Assembly: GCF_006345805.1 (NCBI RefSeq)
Contig: NC_042997.1
Coordinates: 173,972,001-174,036,000, forward strand
Reading direction: 5' to 3'
DNA length: 64,000 nucleotides
From: Octopus sinensis
Taxonomy: Eukaryota
Position 1 is the first letter of the stretch. Each line of letters begins with the position of its first letter. A program made the position numbers and the translations under genes. The notes under the pieces are model-generated. The model made no database searches and was not told the DNA's origin. It saw nothing but the letters and a program-made list of their open reading frames with translations. This document shows, in pieces, positions 1 through 13,610 of the stretch.

Positions 1-139
1 AGAGTAAAAGAGTAATAGTTGTTATGCCAGAAGCAACTTAAATCTTAGATATCTAGAAAATGTGAGCAACAAAGGCCTTTGGGGATTTTTTTCTTTTTTT
101 CTTTATCATTTTCTATTTTTTTTAAAGTCTAGCAAGAAT

Positions 140-375
140 CCACCAGCCAGCAAATGGTGCCGAAGAAGACCAGTGGAAAATATAGCAAGGCAAACTTTGA
201 ATAAGAATCGAGAGAGGAAAAGACAAGTAGGACACTTGGGATCACGTTGGAAGATCGAGAGAAGAGGAATTCAAGTTCACGGAGATGACATGGAACCAAG
301 AGTAAAGAATGAGTACTGCAGAGAACATGTTGGAAAATTGTTGTGGAAAATCTGTTTCACCAGGAATCCAGACTT
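140..375 (+). mobile_element. Decayed 3' end of an RTE-like LINE
   Basis: Translation RRPVENIARQTLNKNRERKRQVG...W..ICFTRN resembles the RM...IARQAL.WNP.GKR.VG...W....CSTRN tail of RTE ORFs; degenerate. Confidence 0.5.
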
Positions 376-403
376 TAGTTAGTTAATATTCAGTTCATTT
401 CTA

Positions 404-445
404 GGCGGCGAGCTTGACAGAATCGTTAGCACACCGGGCAAAATG

Positions 446-491
<46 letters not shown>

Positions 492-770
492 TGTGTGTGT
501 GTGTTGTGTGCCTTGGTAGGCTGAATTTATTCGCATATTTCTGTATATTAAGGCGGCCAGCTGGCAAAATCGTTAGCACATGGGCTAAAATGATTCGAGG
601 CGTTTTGTCTGTCTTTAAGTTCTGAGTTCAAATTCCGCCGAGGGCGACTTGGCGTTTCATCCTTTCGGGGTCGGTAAAATAAGTCCCAGTTGAACAATGA
701 TATTGATGTAATCGACTTAACACCTACCCCAAAACTGCTGGCTTAGTGTTCAAATTTGAAATCAATATTT
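404..770 (+). mobile_element. tRNA-derived SINE family A, interrupted by (TG)n
   Basis: GGCGGCGAGCT.GCAGAA.CGTTAGCAC head and TTCAAATTCCGCCGAGG.CGACTT.GC.TTTCATCCTTTCGGGGTCG body recur at least 10 times in the window. Confidence 0.85.
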
Positions 771-1746
771 AGCTCATTTTATCTTACATTTCACCTCTAT
801 ATATTTTTGCAAATTTTTTTCTCGGTGAACAAACGGGAAATGTATAAAAGAATTTCTGACACTGGCACGAGGAAGTAACAAACTCTGGGAATAGAAGAGT
901 TGATCGAATCGGCATAAGAGATTAACTTGTACTTATTTTGTAGACCCCTGAAGTTAACCTTGACAAGATTTGAACTCAGAATCTAAAGAAGCGTAACTAA
1001 CCACCACAAGGCATTTAGTTTGAAATTCGACCAAGTTTGCAAATCTACGGCCCTAACGAGGAGTGTGTATATAATGAAACTTAAGACTCCATTCTAGTGT
1101 AACGAAAGTTCTTTAAGCATAAGCATAGTGACCCTGGACTCCATTCCGCCCATTTAGTGTATGTATTCTCCATAACTCTTTCTTTACACATTAGCTTTAT
1201 AATTAACGTCTGAATTGTGATGGATATCATTGACCAACTCATCCATGACCAATGGATGCTCTCCAGGCATCCATGTCAATAGTACATAAGTGACAGATAT
1301 TTTTAACTGAAGTGGTTTGTTACCACGGTTGAGCACTTCTCGCCAGCCTTGTCTTTTTTGTTTTTCAGATATTTTGTTCAAATATGAAAAACGTCAATAA
1401 ACACGTGTGTATCTGTGTATCTGTGTATAGCATATTCTTTTCCTTTCTCTCACTGCTTCTCTCTCTCCCTCTCTCTCTGTCTTTTCTCTCTTTCACTCTG
1501 TATATGCATTACTCTCTCCTTTTCTCACTTTTACTTTTTTCAGTCATTTGACTGCGGCCATGCTGGAGCACCGCCTTTAGTCGAACAAATCGATCCCAGG
1601 ACTTATTCTTTGTAAAAATAATAAGCAACCTTAATCAATATTTGAACCTTATTGTATTCTCATCAGAGGCATCCACATCATTCTGATATTTATTTATCTA
1701 TCTATCGTCACATACGCACGCAGACACGCACACATGAGCGCGTACG

Positions 1747-1793
<47 letters not shown>

Positions 1794-1875
1794 TATAAAT
1801 GTAAGGCTCCGATCATCAACTGGTAAACGGAGCCTAGTTTTTTCTTGAATATGCATTGTCTGAATATCTCTTTAA

Positions 1876-2357
1876 ATATGAATTAAAAGTTTGAAGAAAG
1901 CGCTTATCCTTATGTTCTTTCGTTTAAAAACCTGGTTCTCGTGGTAATATTTTTATCACCAGAAACGAAATCAAAAGCGTGAGCATGAAGCAACCGTTTC
2001 TGTACGCCTGTACGTGTTGATCACAATGGTTTTTTTAAACGAGAGGTCATAAAATAAAGATAAGCTTTGGTTCTGTATCTGGTTTGCAACATTCTTTTTA
2101 TGAATTCGTGTGTTGAAACAAATTTTGTTGTGTCTGGGGAGAATTATTATACCAATATAATTAACCCACGCATTGGTTCAATTCCACTCATTTGTTATGA
2201 GTCAATTGGTTAAATATCAAACTAACTAATTAATTGTTTGTTTAACAAATCGACCGTTTGTTAAACCAATGCGTGTTTTAATAGTATTGGCATAATGACT
2301 TACCCCAGACTCAACATAATAAGGATAAGCATTTCCTTCAACCTTTCATTTCATATT
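1876..2357. repeat. Nested imperfect inverted repeats (outer about 1876-1917/2313-2357; inner 2126-2178/2264-2316)
   Basis: GTCTGGGGAGA...CACGCATTGGTT vs AACCAATGCGTG...CCCCAGAC; AGCGCTTATCCTTATG vs CATAATAAGGATAAGC. Confidence 0.7.
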
Positions 2358-2587
2358 TCAAAGGTAATTCAAACAGTGAATATTTAGAAAAAAAAAAAAT
2401 ACAGGATCGACGCTTACCGGCTGATGATCGCAAATGAACAGCTCTGAAAATGTGAAATTGGAGACTTTCAATTATAATTCATTAAAGGATTCTTTACATA
2501 TGCACTGAATCCTCTAATTTATCACTTCTGGTGAATCAACAGAGATACATACATACATACATAGATACATACATACATTCAAGATTA

Positions 2588-2740
2588 ATCAGCCGAAATT
2601 GCGAGGATGATCAGGTTCTTGACCGAGGATAAAAGGCTTCGAATGACCCGTCCTTGTTTTTTGTATCGTCTATCTTGATGTTTCGTTGTCCCTTTTTCTA
2701 TCACCTAGTTGTCCGGATGTTTTGCGTTCTTGTCCCATCT
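2588..2740 (+). mobile_element. Penelope-like terminal fragment, same family as 5025-5170 (-)
   Basis: AGCCGAAA.TGC.A.GATGATC.GG..CT.G.C.GAGGA...GAATGA.CCG shared between the two loci. Confidence 0.5.
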
Positions 2741-3868
2741 TGTATTTTATTTTTTTATTTTATATATACATACATATATGTGTGCGTTTATACGTACACA
2801 CATACACATATATACACATGTTTAATTTGACTATAACATAGGTATTTAGATTTCACTTAGATACATATCTTTAAGCTGCTCTAAAAATATTTAGATATTT
2901 ATTTACTGATACAACAATGAACAAGCTTCATAGCAACCATCGCAGACTAAAAACAACAATCACCAGTAATAAACGTAAATGTCCAAGTATAAGAAATACA
3001 TGATGGAAATTTAATTTCTTTAGTGGATTGACAGAATAAGCTAAGCGAAAATAATAAATACTTAGTCGTATTCAGTTACTTCTCTTAATCTTCTGGGATC
3101 ACATCCTGTCGAGACTAGCTTCCTTTTTCGTCCTTCTGGGATCGATTTAATCGACTGTATCCATTACAACAAATTTCTGGATGTGTGCCGATGTTAGAGA
3201 TTTCTATTTTTGTGTTATTTATACAAAGGCAATGCAGGCCAAAGTCGGTAGAGCAGTATACAGCCTGTCTTGTGATATTTATTTATATTTCCATTATGCT
3301 CTCTCATTGACACTGATCCTACTGGGATCAGTTTGTAGCTTCGTACTTAATATTAGAAATCATTAATTTGGCGTCACATAGAGCTCAATACAACGGCTCA
3401 GTAAATTCATTTCACTGAATTTTAATTTACATATTTTTTTGCATGTGACATCTTTGAAATAATATTAAATGCGTAACAGGTTTATATCTAATGGTTTTTA
3501 GGTGGTGTTCTTTGGCTTGGGACAAATCTAAAACAAATGTCAGTTGTAATTGTTTTCGCGGGCAGAAAGGACTATAAGTCTACGGAAGCAGAATTACATA
3601 GACCAGACTTACACGTGATTTCTGATGGGGAAACCTGTTATAACATTCTTTACATACACACACACACGACATGCTTCAGTTTTGCGTCTACCAAATCCAC
3701 TCACAAGACTTTGGTTGGCCCAAAGCTCTAGTACAAGACACTTGCTCAAGGTACCACGCACCCCAAACTATGTGGTTGGGAAGTGAATTTGTTATCTATA
3801 TATACATGTGTGTGTGTGCGTGTGTGTCTGTGTATATACACACACTCACACATAGATACATATAGACA

Positions 3869-3970
<102 letters not shown>

Positions 3971-4793
3971 TCTGAGTATAAACATTTAGAATTATACGCA
4001 TTAAAAATTATACATACATAAAGCGTCAATAGTTAACCAATAAAGTGATATTTAAGTGTCGAATTTGCAGAGTCATTACAGAGTAGAGCAAAATGTGAAG
4101 CAGTATATGTTCCATCCGTCTGCAATCTGGGCTTAAATTCTACCGAACTCAACTTAACCTTTCAGGTAAGACAAAACAAAGTACCCCTACAGAGAGGTGG
4201 ATTGGTGCAATTGTTAGAGCTTCAAATGAAATGCTTTAAAGAAATGTTTTCTGATGATAGATTCTACGTCCTGAATTCAAATCCCGTCGGGATTATTTTT
4301 GCCTTTCATTCAATCGGGGTCGTGAAAATATTGTACCAGTATTTGGGCCGATTTCTCCCCTCAAAAACTGATGGCCCTTTGCCCAAATCAGAAGCCGTTA
4401 TTTTGCGTTATTAAGGCAGAATCGGCAGTGTTTGAAATAATGACCTGCGGCATTTGTTCTGGCACTCTACACTCCCAGTTCAACAATGGCTTAAATCAAC
4501 AAATAGCTCATGAATGCTCTTAGCAAAGTCCACTTTGTGCACGCATTCAAGACAAATCTTTTAACCAACGAGACTTAGTTAATCTGGTAAAAAAATTGGG
4601 TTTGTGCATGAGAATTGCTCTTCTATCCCTGGTTAGGAAACGGTTTTTTTTTTCTCTCTTGCAGATACTCAGAAACATGAATCTACAAATAAATTAGCTT
4701 TGGTTCCAAGCTATAGTTAGTACTCAAAACCCAGCAAGATAAAAGTAAATCAAAACCCACCATTTAAGTGACTTGGACTTGTGTTTCCATACC

Positions 4794-4955
4794 ATAGGCT
4801 CAGGCGTAACTGTGTGGTAAGAAGCTTGCTTCCCAACCACATTGTCCCGGATTCAGTCCCATTGCGTGGCACCTTCCGCATGTGTCTTCTGCTCTTGGCT
4901 TGGGTCGATCAAAAACCTTGTCAGTAGATTTAGTGGACGGAAACTGAAAGAATCC

Positions 4956-4960
<5 letters not shown>
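4794..4960 (+). mobile_element. SINE family B, 5' part
   Basis: GTGTGGTAAGAAGCTTGCTTCCCAACCAC...TTCAGTCCC A/B-box-like head, GTGGCACCTT body, ends at (TA)n. Confidence 0.8.
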
Positions 4961-5024
<64 letters not shown>

Positions 5025-5108
5025 AATACAAAAAATGGGACAAGAACGCAACAGGTGACAACAAAACATCCAGACAGATGATACAAAAAGGGACAAGAAA
5101 AAACAAGA

Positions 5109-5141
5109 TCGGATCATTCGGGGTTTTCTTTCCTCAGCCGA
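5109..5141 (-). ncRNA. Degenerate or variant minimal hammerhead-like motif
   Basis: UCGG-CUGAGGA-AAGAAAACCCC-GAAUGAU-CCGA: stem I and CUGAGGA are intact, stem II is broken, and GAAU replaces GAAA. Confidence 0.3.
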
Positions 5142-5571
5142 GTTCCAGATCATCTTTGCAGTTTCGGCTGGTTATACTCCAGACTGCTCCAATCTGGCCA
5201 GCCCCAAGGTAAATCTAAGCTAAGAGCACTAGATTCTTTGGAAGAAAGCAGCGAATGTATACGAAAACAAGAACGGAATAAAACGGAGAAATGGTACACA
5301 GATACAAATGCAAACAACAGGTGTCTTTCGACTAAGGACGAATCAAATTAAGTTGGCGTGCTTAACGGCAGGGGCATAAGAGATAACAGGCGTGGGAAGG
5401 AATATAGATGTTGCACGGATGGTAGTCGAACCAAAAATGAAAGGTCAGTCTTGGCGGAACACCGGTTACGTGGAAGGAGAGGAGATAGGTTGAGGCAGAG
5501 GGATAGAAGAATTAGAGAGGGAGAGAAAGAAGGAAAAAGAGGAAAAGGACACATATATATATATACATACA

Positions 5572-5603
<32 letters not shown>

Positions 5604-6284
5604 CATGTGTGTGAGTGAATGTTTGTCCCCTATCACCACTTAAGAGCTGGCGTTAGTGTGTTTATGTCCGTGTAAATTAGCGGTTCAGCGAAAGCCACAG
5701 GTAGAATAAGTGCCGGGTTTAAAATGAAAAAGTACAGGGGTAGACTCATTAGGTTGAAAAATCCTTAAAATCGGTGCTCCAGCATGGCCGCAATATAATG
5801 AGAAAAAGAAGTAAAAGATAAAAGATAAAAAATAAAAGATAGGTTGAGACGTAAATCAAAGGGATATAAATTATCGTGAGTTTTCTTTAGTTTAAGCTTA
5901 ATGATATCTTATTTACTGTATACAAGATTTATTCATTAAATTTTACTTCTTGTACTAGTTTCAATCATTGGACAGCAACCGGAAGTGGCAACTTCCTTTC
6001 TCGATTTTAATGAATTACTTCTGTTCACAGAATTTTGGTCAGAACACATTTTATCGCCCTTATCTGGAGTGAAATATAAAGACGACTTTTGTGCAAGTGT
6101 ATGAAATACTCCCAGATCTAAACAACACAATGTTTCTAATCAAAGCGCAAGTTGAAATTGATTAGTAAGACAACACGCACGCACGCTCACATGCACGCAC
6201 ACGCTCACACACACACACACATACACACATATCACACCATGTCATCGTTATATCTTTTCACTATACATACGTACGTATATATGC

Positions 6285-6336
<52 letters not shown>

Positions 6337-6375
6337 GAATACATACACATACACATATATACATATTTATGTATG

Positions 6376-6411
<36 letters not shown>

Positions 6412-6422
6412 GTGTGTGTGTG

Positions 6423-6468
<46 letters not shown>

Positions 6469-6659
6469 ATGTGCAGACTTTTTTCGTGGTAAGAAGCTTG
6501 TTTCCCACCAAAAAGTCCCAGGTTCAGTCCCGCTTTGTGGCACATTGGCCATGTGCCTTCTACTATTGTATCGAGTCGACCGAGGCCTTGCGAATAGATT
6601 TGGTAGACGGAAACTGAAAGCAGCCCGTCGTGTGTGTGTGTATGTATGTATATATATAT

Positions 6660-7681
6660 ATATGTTAATAAAATAGAACATATGCATATATATAAACATA
6701 TATGTACGTACCTACCTCTACATGTACATATACACGCATATATGTGTACAGGACACCAAAAAGACGTCGAACACATAGAGAGACGAAACACATAGACACA
6801 AACCAAGGAACAAGACAAGCAAAAAAAAGGAGAGATACAGGACAATAAGCACAACGAAAAATCCCCTTCTTCAGTCGCTAAGATTTCATCTACTAAACGT
6901 TTCGAAGGATAAAAGCGAGACGTATACTTCGAAGAAAAATTCCTTCCCGCGAAAAGCAATCAATTAAAATTCTGAGATCTTTTCGCAGAGGGGTAAAAAA
7001 AAGCAAGACGGTAACGACAGTACAAACATATAAACAGTAAAAAATATATATATAAACAGTGCAAAAATAAATATATAACAGTGAGAGACTGGACAAGGAG
7101 AACAAGATAAGAAGGGCTGTTAACGCCAGACGAAAAAAGTATTGCAAACGCTGGATTATCGTGGAAGACGAGAGAGGGAAAATTTGTCGACCAGAAGCCT
7201 TACAAGGCGGGCGAGAAAGGACAGGATAGCAGTTGCGACGGAAGTATCGTCGCAGATGGATGACGGGAATGGGGGAGGAGGAGCAAGAGGAAGAGAGAGA
7301 AGAAGGGGAATGGTGCGAGGAGACCATGAAGAATGGTGAAAGGGAGAGAGAGAATGAAGAATGAGAGAGAGAGGAAGAGACAAGTTAAGTGAGGGAAAAA
7401 AAAGACGAAAAGGGGATGGGAGAGAAAGAAAGAAAGATGCAGAGTCGCGTGAGAGTTAATATCAAGGCTAACTTGATAAACAGAACAATCTTACTTAATA
7501 GGGTGCGTGCGTTTAGTCGTATAATATGTTAATAAAATAGAACATATGCATATATATAAACATATATGTACGTACCTACCTCTACATGTACATATACACG
7601 CATATATGTGTACAGGACACCAAAAAGACGTCGAACACATAGAGAGACGAAACACATAGACACAAACCAAGGAACAAGACA
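6660..7681 (-). mobile_element. Element bounded by a perfect 158-bp direct repeat (6660-6817, 7524-7681); possible Penelope pLTR-type partial tandem
   Basis: The two copies are identical by eye and flanked by AT-rich microsatellite; the interior has CTGAAGAAGG and HLRRYFRRNCYP (similar to the PLE F..NGYP motif). Confidence 0.5.
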
Positions 7682-7990
7682 TATAAACTTAGATAAACTT
7701 AGATAAGTTTATATATATATATATATATATGTATACATATATATATACACACATATATTTATATATATATTTATTTATTTATGCATGTATGTGTTTATTT
7801 GTATTTGTGTTTGATCCACTACCTCCACGCCATCCTTTGACAACCGATGCTGGTGAGTTTATGTCCCCGTAACTTAACTGTGCGACAAAATAACCCGATA
7901 GAATAAGTGCTAGGCTTACAAAGGCTAAAAGAATATATAATATATATGTATGTATTTATATATATATGTGTGTGTGTGTTTGTGTGGGTG

Positions 7991-8029
<39 letters not shown>

Positions 8030-8302
8030 TTAGATAGATAGATATGATGGATTCTTCCATCGAAGCATTTTACCGAACGGCCTGCAGAAATGGTTCGTTT
8101 ATCGCGATTAAATTGTACGATGTCTGAACAGGTGCACTGTGTACCACGCGTCAGGTGTCGAAGTGATCGAAGAGCAACGTGAGACGAAGCGTTTTGTTCA
8201 GGAACACAACGTATCACCTTAATCTAAGAATTGAAATTATTAACGCTAGATCGTGAGTGCAACACACTAACCACTCAGCCATGTGCCCTCAAAGACACAC
8301 AG

Positions 8303-8337
<35 letters not shown>

Positions 8338-8449
8338 CACACACACACTCACAGAAAATCCACTTTTCTCCGCCATAGGCTTATATTAGGCTATTCTCTG
8401 TAGTTGATACACGGTGATCGCTCGCTTTTAAGCTTTAAGCTTATAAAAA

Positions 8450-8885
8450 TACTAGCAGCATAGCTCAGCATTGCCCGGGTATGTAAGAGCCCCTAGTAGG
8501 CAACGACTAATCCCAATCTAGTCCTTTCCCTCTTGGGAACGAAGGCGCATGTGTAGGTTGCAATATCTTCTCTTCACTCGAATACTTCTGTGTATACGAT
8601 GTTCCTAGCTGTCCCTTTGGGCGATAAAAAGGTCGAGTTGTGTCCCTTAGACAGAAAATGTGTTGCATATAAAAAGCTTAGATTCTCGACCCCATGTCGA
8701 ATTTATCGATTTTTTTCAGAACTGGGGGGAACTTTTCAAAATTTTCGCTGCGTTAGTTTTGAATTATGACATTGGGCTATGTGTGTGTCAAGTTTCATCA
8801 GAATCGGTTGAAAGCCGTGGTCAGGGTAAGGGTACAACCTGACAGACACACAGACAGACAAACTGCCGTTTATATATAGAGTGAT
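8450..8885 (+). mobile_element. Non-autonomous Helentron/DINE-1-like element
   Basis: TACTAGC...GCCCGGG 5' end, AAGTTTCATCAGAATCGG core, (ACAG)n, and TTTATATATAGA 3' end. Confidence 0.6.
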
Positions 8886-9162
8886 TATTATTTACAGAAT
8901 TGTAAAATTGGTACCGCTTATCAAATCATTACAGAAAATGCACATGCTAGATTATTTAGAAAAAAAACATCTCTATGAAATTGTAGCTCTTAATCTGAAG
9001 GGAAGGGGAAGGTGGGTACGTTGGTGTAAATTTTAGCACACTTGTCGCGAAAACATTGAGGTTTATGATCGAATCCCACCCGTATGGAAAACACACTTTT
9101 TCTTTCTCTGTCCCAATGTTACGAGACTATTTTTTTTTTTAGTCAATATACGGTGATTGCAA

Positions 9163-9380
9163 GGCGGCGAGCTGGCAGAAACGTTAGTACGCCGGATGAA
9201 ATGCTTAACGCTATTTTGTCTGTCTTTACGTTCTGAGTTCAAATTCCGCCGAGGTCGACTTTGTCTTTCATCCTTTCGGGGTCGATAAATCAAGTAGCAG
9301 TTGCGTACTGGGTCGATCTAATCGACTGGCATCCTCCCCCCAAAATTCAGGCCTTGTTCCTAGAATAGAAAAGAATATAC
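9163..9380 (+). mobile_element. SINE family A
   Basis: Head and body match the other copies. Confidence 0.85.
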
Positions 9381-9757
9381 GATGATCGCTTATAAAAATA
9401 TATTATTATTATTTATAGTGTATATATGTACGCACATACATACATACATGCACACATATACAAGCATAGGCTTACAAACACATTTAACAGGCTTCCGCAC
9501 ATTTCCCATCAATCAAATTTACCACGCAAAGCTTTGATCGACTTTAGGCTATCGCTTGTGCAGTTGCTTCTTAGCCCCCAAAAGTATTTCAACCGTGACT
9601 ATAGTAGAACATATGATCCTTTTTGTTTAAGACAATAGGATATGATTTAAGTGAGATTTGCTGTTATTTATAACAACGGACTCTCGTAGTTACTCTATGA
9701 GTACCGGGCAGTATAGTATAATGAAAACGAGGAATCACGCAGTTTCGAAATAGTTAA

Positions 9758-10125
9758 GGCAGCGAACTGGTAGAATGGTTAACACGCCGGCCGAAGTGCT
9801 TAGCGGTATTTCGTCTGCCGTTACGTTCAGAGTGCAAATTCCGCCGAGGTCGACTTTGCCTTTCATCCTTTCGGGGTCGATTAAATAAGTACCAGTTACG
9901 CACTGGGGTCGATACAATCGACTTAATCTGTTTGTCCCCTCTGTGTTTAGCCCCTTGTGGGTAGTGAAGAAATAGGTATTTCGGCCGTCACTACGTTCTG
10001 AGTTCAAATTCCGCCGAGGTCGACTTTGCCTTTCAGAATCCTTTCGGAGTCAATAAAATAAGTATCAATTGAACATCCCGCCCACAAAATTGGTGCCCTT
10101 GTGGAAAAATTTGAAACCATATCTA
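9758..10125 (+). mobile_element. SINE family A, full copy plus partial internal restart
   Basis: After the GAAATAGGTATTTC end the sequence resumes at the internal GGTATTTCG position. Confidence 0.85.
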
Positions 10126-10516
10126 ACCGTCATCTAGAAGCAATTCATTTAATTTATCTTTCTTTCACTCTCTCCCACCTCTCTCTTACTTATGCTACTT
10201 CATCCTCCGAAAATATCTTCCTCTGTGTGGGCCCATTAAGTCTCTTTTTGGATTGTTCATCTTCTTATCTCACAGGCTCTCGCTGCATTTCTCTGTCTTT
10301 CTTGTGTCGTTTTAATTTCTGCCGTATGAAACTAACCTGTCACACCTCTTTATGCAGAAACAATAAATTGTTTTGTTTCATTGTATCTGTGTCTTCTTAA
10401 TTATCCAACTTTTTCTTCCATTTTCTTTCCTCGCTCTCTTCTTCTTTTCTCGTTGCAAATATACATATATATGCATACGTACTCACATGTATTCATATAC
10501 ACACGCACACATGCGC

Positions 10517-10563
<47 letters not shown>

Positions 10564-10786
10564 TCTGTGTGTGTAAGGTGGGGCGATGTGTCAATGCCAA
10601 CGAGTATCGCCTCTGATCCTTTCATAAGGAGTCTCTCCCACGATGATAGATGAAGCTTGATATGAGACCCAGCAGTAATAGAAATAATGCGAAGATGTAT
10701 TCTCTTCCCTGAAAGCAACTTCCATCCGCTTTCATCAGAGCGACAAACATACACACATATACATGCATACATTTTATATATATGTA

Positions 10787-10820
<34 letters not shown>

Positions 10821-11733
10821 CGTATGTATGAATACTTACATATATACATACATACACATCCATGCACACACATACACTCATGTACATACATGCATGCATA
10901 CATATAAACATGTATACGCCCATATGCATCTTTTTGCTTTCTTCAAATATTCACATCTTTATATTACCTCTGCATCACCTTCACCACCACCACCATTGAT
11001 TCCATCAACATCACCATCTTTTGTCGCTTTGTCAATATAATCTCTATTTTTCCCTTATTACCGCCTTGTACTTCAACACCTGCCTGAATCCCACCCCACC
11101 CCCACCCCCGCGTTTTTTCCTTCATTCCGTTTATTTACCTTTTATTATTTTGCATTCATTAACGACAATTAAAATCCTGCAATTTACGTTGCTCTCTGTA
11201 CATTTCATCAAATTATCAAATTCAACAATGCATCACCGCGATTTAAGTAATGACTTGAATGCAGAAGTAAAACCTCAAAACCAGCGAAGCTGCAAAAGGA
11301 AACTAATGTTTTAATAAACCGCTAAATTAGACTTAGTTTTTCTGTTTTTCTTTGTTTCACTTACATGTTCTTGTATACTTATTTTTTTAATCATTTCATT
11401 CTATGTAAATCCTTAGATTCTTTATCTGTCTTTTTATCGTCCCCCACCTCTATCCGTTGCCCTGGTGGCAGATATAAAAATCCATCAACTTCATCGGCGC
11501 CGTCTTCGTCGTCATCATCATCACCATTATTGTCATCATGGCGTGGCTTTATAGTAAAAAGCATGCTCCCCAACAACAACATGGTTCCGGGTTTAGTCCA
11601 TCTGAGTGGCACCTTGGGTGTTTTCTTCTATGACCATCTATCTACCATGGTTAAGAAGCATGAATATTTGGTCGGTGCACTTATGTGGGATGTGATAAAT
11701 TTATAGCTAGACTGTCCAACGTGTCTTTTTATA

Positions 11734-12146
11734 GGCGCAGGAGTGGCTGTGTGGTAAGTAGCTTGCTAACCAACCACATGGTCGCGGGTTCAGTCCCACT
11801 GCGTGGCACCTTGGGCAAGTGTCTTCTGCTATAGCTCCGGGCCGACCAATGCCTTGTGAGTGGATTTGGTAGACGGAAACTGAAAGAAGCCTGTCGTATA
11901 TATGTATATATATGTATGTGTGTGTGTGTTTGTGTGTCTGTGTTTGTCCTCCTAGCATTGCTTGACAACCGATGCTGGTGTGTTTTCGTCCCCGTCACTT
12001 AGCGGTTCGGCAAAGGAGACCGATAGAATAAGTACTGGGCTTACAAAGAATAAGTCCCGGGGTCGATTTGCTCGACTAAAGGTGGTGCTCCAGCATGGCC
12101 GCAGTCAAATGACTGAAACAAGTAAAAGAGTAAAAGAGTAAAAGAG
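11734..12146 (+). mobile_element. SINE family B, full length, with (GAGTAAAA)n tail
   Basis: tRNA-like head GGCGCAGGAGTGGCTGTGTGG, CORE-like GTGGCACCTTGGGCAAGTGTCTT, internal TA/TG tract and tandem tail. Confidence 0.9.
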
Positions 12147-12999
12147 ATTATTAGCAATGGCAAACTAACGGATGAATGTATAAACAAAGAAACAGAAAAT
12201 TAAACGAAAATTATAAGAAAATAATTTTTAAAAACGCCGTTCATTGAGCCTTTGTTTCTTGCATAAGTCTACTTGTTATTACAGGAGCGCTTTTGAATTG
12301 TATAACTCTTTATCAAATATCGATAATTTCCGATTTGAAAATATGAACAACATACTGCCCAGAGAGATTAAATATGACCTCCATTAGTCAATTTCTCTTT
12401 TGTACTTGAAAGGTAGCATTTGTTTTCTAGTGTAATCCGGCGATATACACAGCTTCTGAATGTTTCTTCAAGATTCATCATTCTGTTTTATATAGCTCAA
12501 GATACGCAAACGAGAAAAAAAATCAAAACAAATAGTATAAGGAAATTGTCCACGGCTGGAGTGTCTCTCTCCAAAATCTTTTGTAGGCCTAAACGACTGC
12601 ATTTAGAGCCAATAACTCTTGCACCACCACCACTACTACCACTCACAACAACAACAAAACAAGAGCAACAACGTGCCAATGAGAGAGACATCTAAATGCT
12701 CGCCCAACTTGCTAAAATAGCAGCCTATTAGCTTGCAATTTTATCGTCAAAGGAAATAGAATGATACTCGATAATGTAGTTATCAATAACTCTAAAAGAC
12801 AAGATGGTCATAAATACAATGCCCTGAGCATATATCTTGCTCAGAGTTGATTAAGGGCTAAAAAGGAATAACAACAAAACTGAGCTAAAGAGGGAGCACC
12901 TCTGCATTCATTAAATCTCCTTCAAACTAGACTACACCTTTTTTAAAACATTAAATGTTGAGTAGTAGTTTCAAAGTTTAGCACAAGGCCAGCAAGTTC

Positions 13000-13185
13000 G
13001 GAGGAAGGGCCAAAGTCGATTACATCAACTCCAGTGGTAATTATTTTATCGTGCCTGAAAGGATAAAAGGTTAAGTCGACCTCGGCGGAATTTGAACTCA
13101 AGACGTAAGGATAGGCGAAAGGCTGCTAAGTATCTTGCCCAGTAAAAGTGAAGGAGAAAATAAAGATTCTGTCAGCTTGCTGCCT
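13000..13185 (-). mobile_element. Decayed SINE family A
   Basis: AAGTCGACCTCGGCGGAATTTGAACTC is the reverse complement of the family A body. Confidence 0.75.
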
Positions 13186-13277
13186 TAATAAATAAAATGT
13201 TAGATAATAAAGTTTTATTTATATTTTATTTCTGTCCTGGATATCCTGCTTTATTCAAGGTCCACTTATTTTAGTGA

Positions 13278-13610
13278 AGGCGCATGGATCAGTGGTTAGA
13301 GCGACGAGCTTACGATCGTGAGGTTGTGACTTCGATTCCCAGACCGTGCTGTGTGTTGTGTTCTTAAGTAAGACACTTTATTTCATGTTGCTCCAGTTCA
13401 CTCATCTGTAAAAATCAGTTGCGACGTCACCGGTGCTAAGTGGTATCGGCCTTTGCGTTTCCTTTGGATAACATCGGTGGCATGGAGAATGGAGACTGGT
13501 ATGCATGGGTGACTGTTGGTCTTCTACAAACAACCTTGTCCGAACTTGTGCCTAGGAGGGGGAACTTTCTAAGTGCAATCCAATGATCATACGTGACCGA
13601 AGGGGTCTTT
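13278..13610 (+). mobile_element. CORE-type tRNA SINE with 14-bp target site duplication (TSD)
   Basis: TSD ACTTATTTTAGTGA at 13264-13277 and 13611-13624; CORE-like GTGTTCTT.AG.AAGACAC...CACTCATCTGTAAAA. Confidence 0.85.

Noticed and set aside
1184-1381. 65-aa minus ORF in unique sequence
   Set aside because: No recognisable homology and no convincing splice pair.
2421-2470. CTGATGA as a hammerhead core
   Set aside because: No stem II-GAAA or stem I pairing could be built.
5988-6000. Paired ETS-like motifs (CCGGAAGT / ACTTCC)
   Set aside because: Short motifs with no other promoter evidence.
6860-6910. GAAAC...CUGAAGA order suggesting a type II hammerhead (also about 15190-15225)
   Set aside because: Stems I and II pair poorly.
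10709-10738. CUGAUGA-AAGC/GCUU on the minus strand
   Set aside because: No GAAA after the stem; a simple hairpin.
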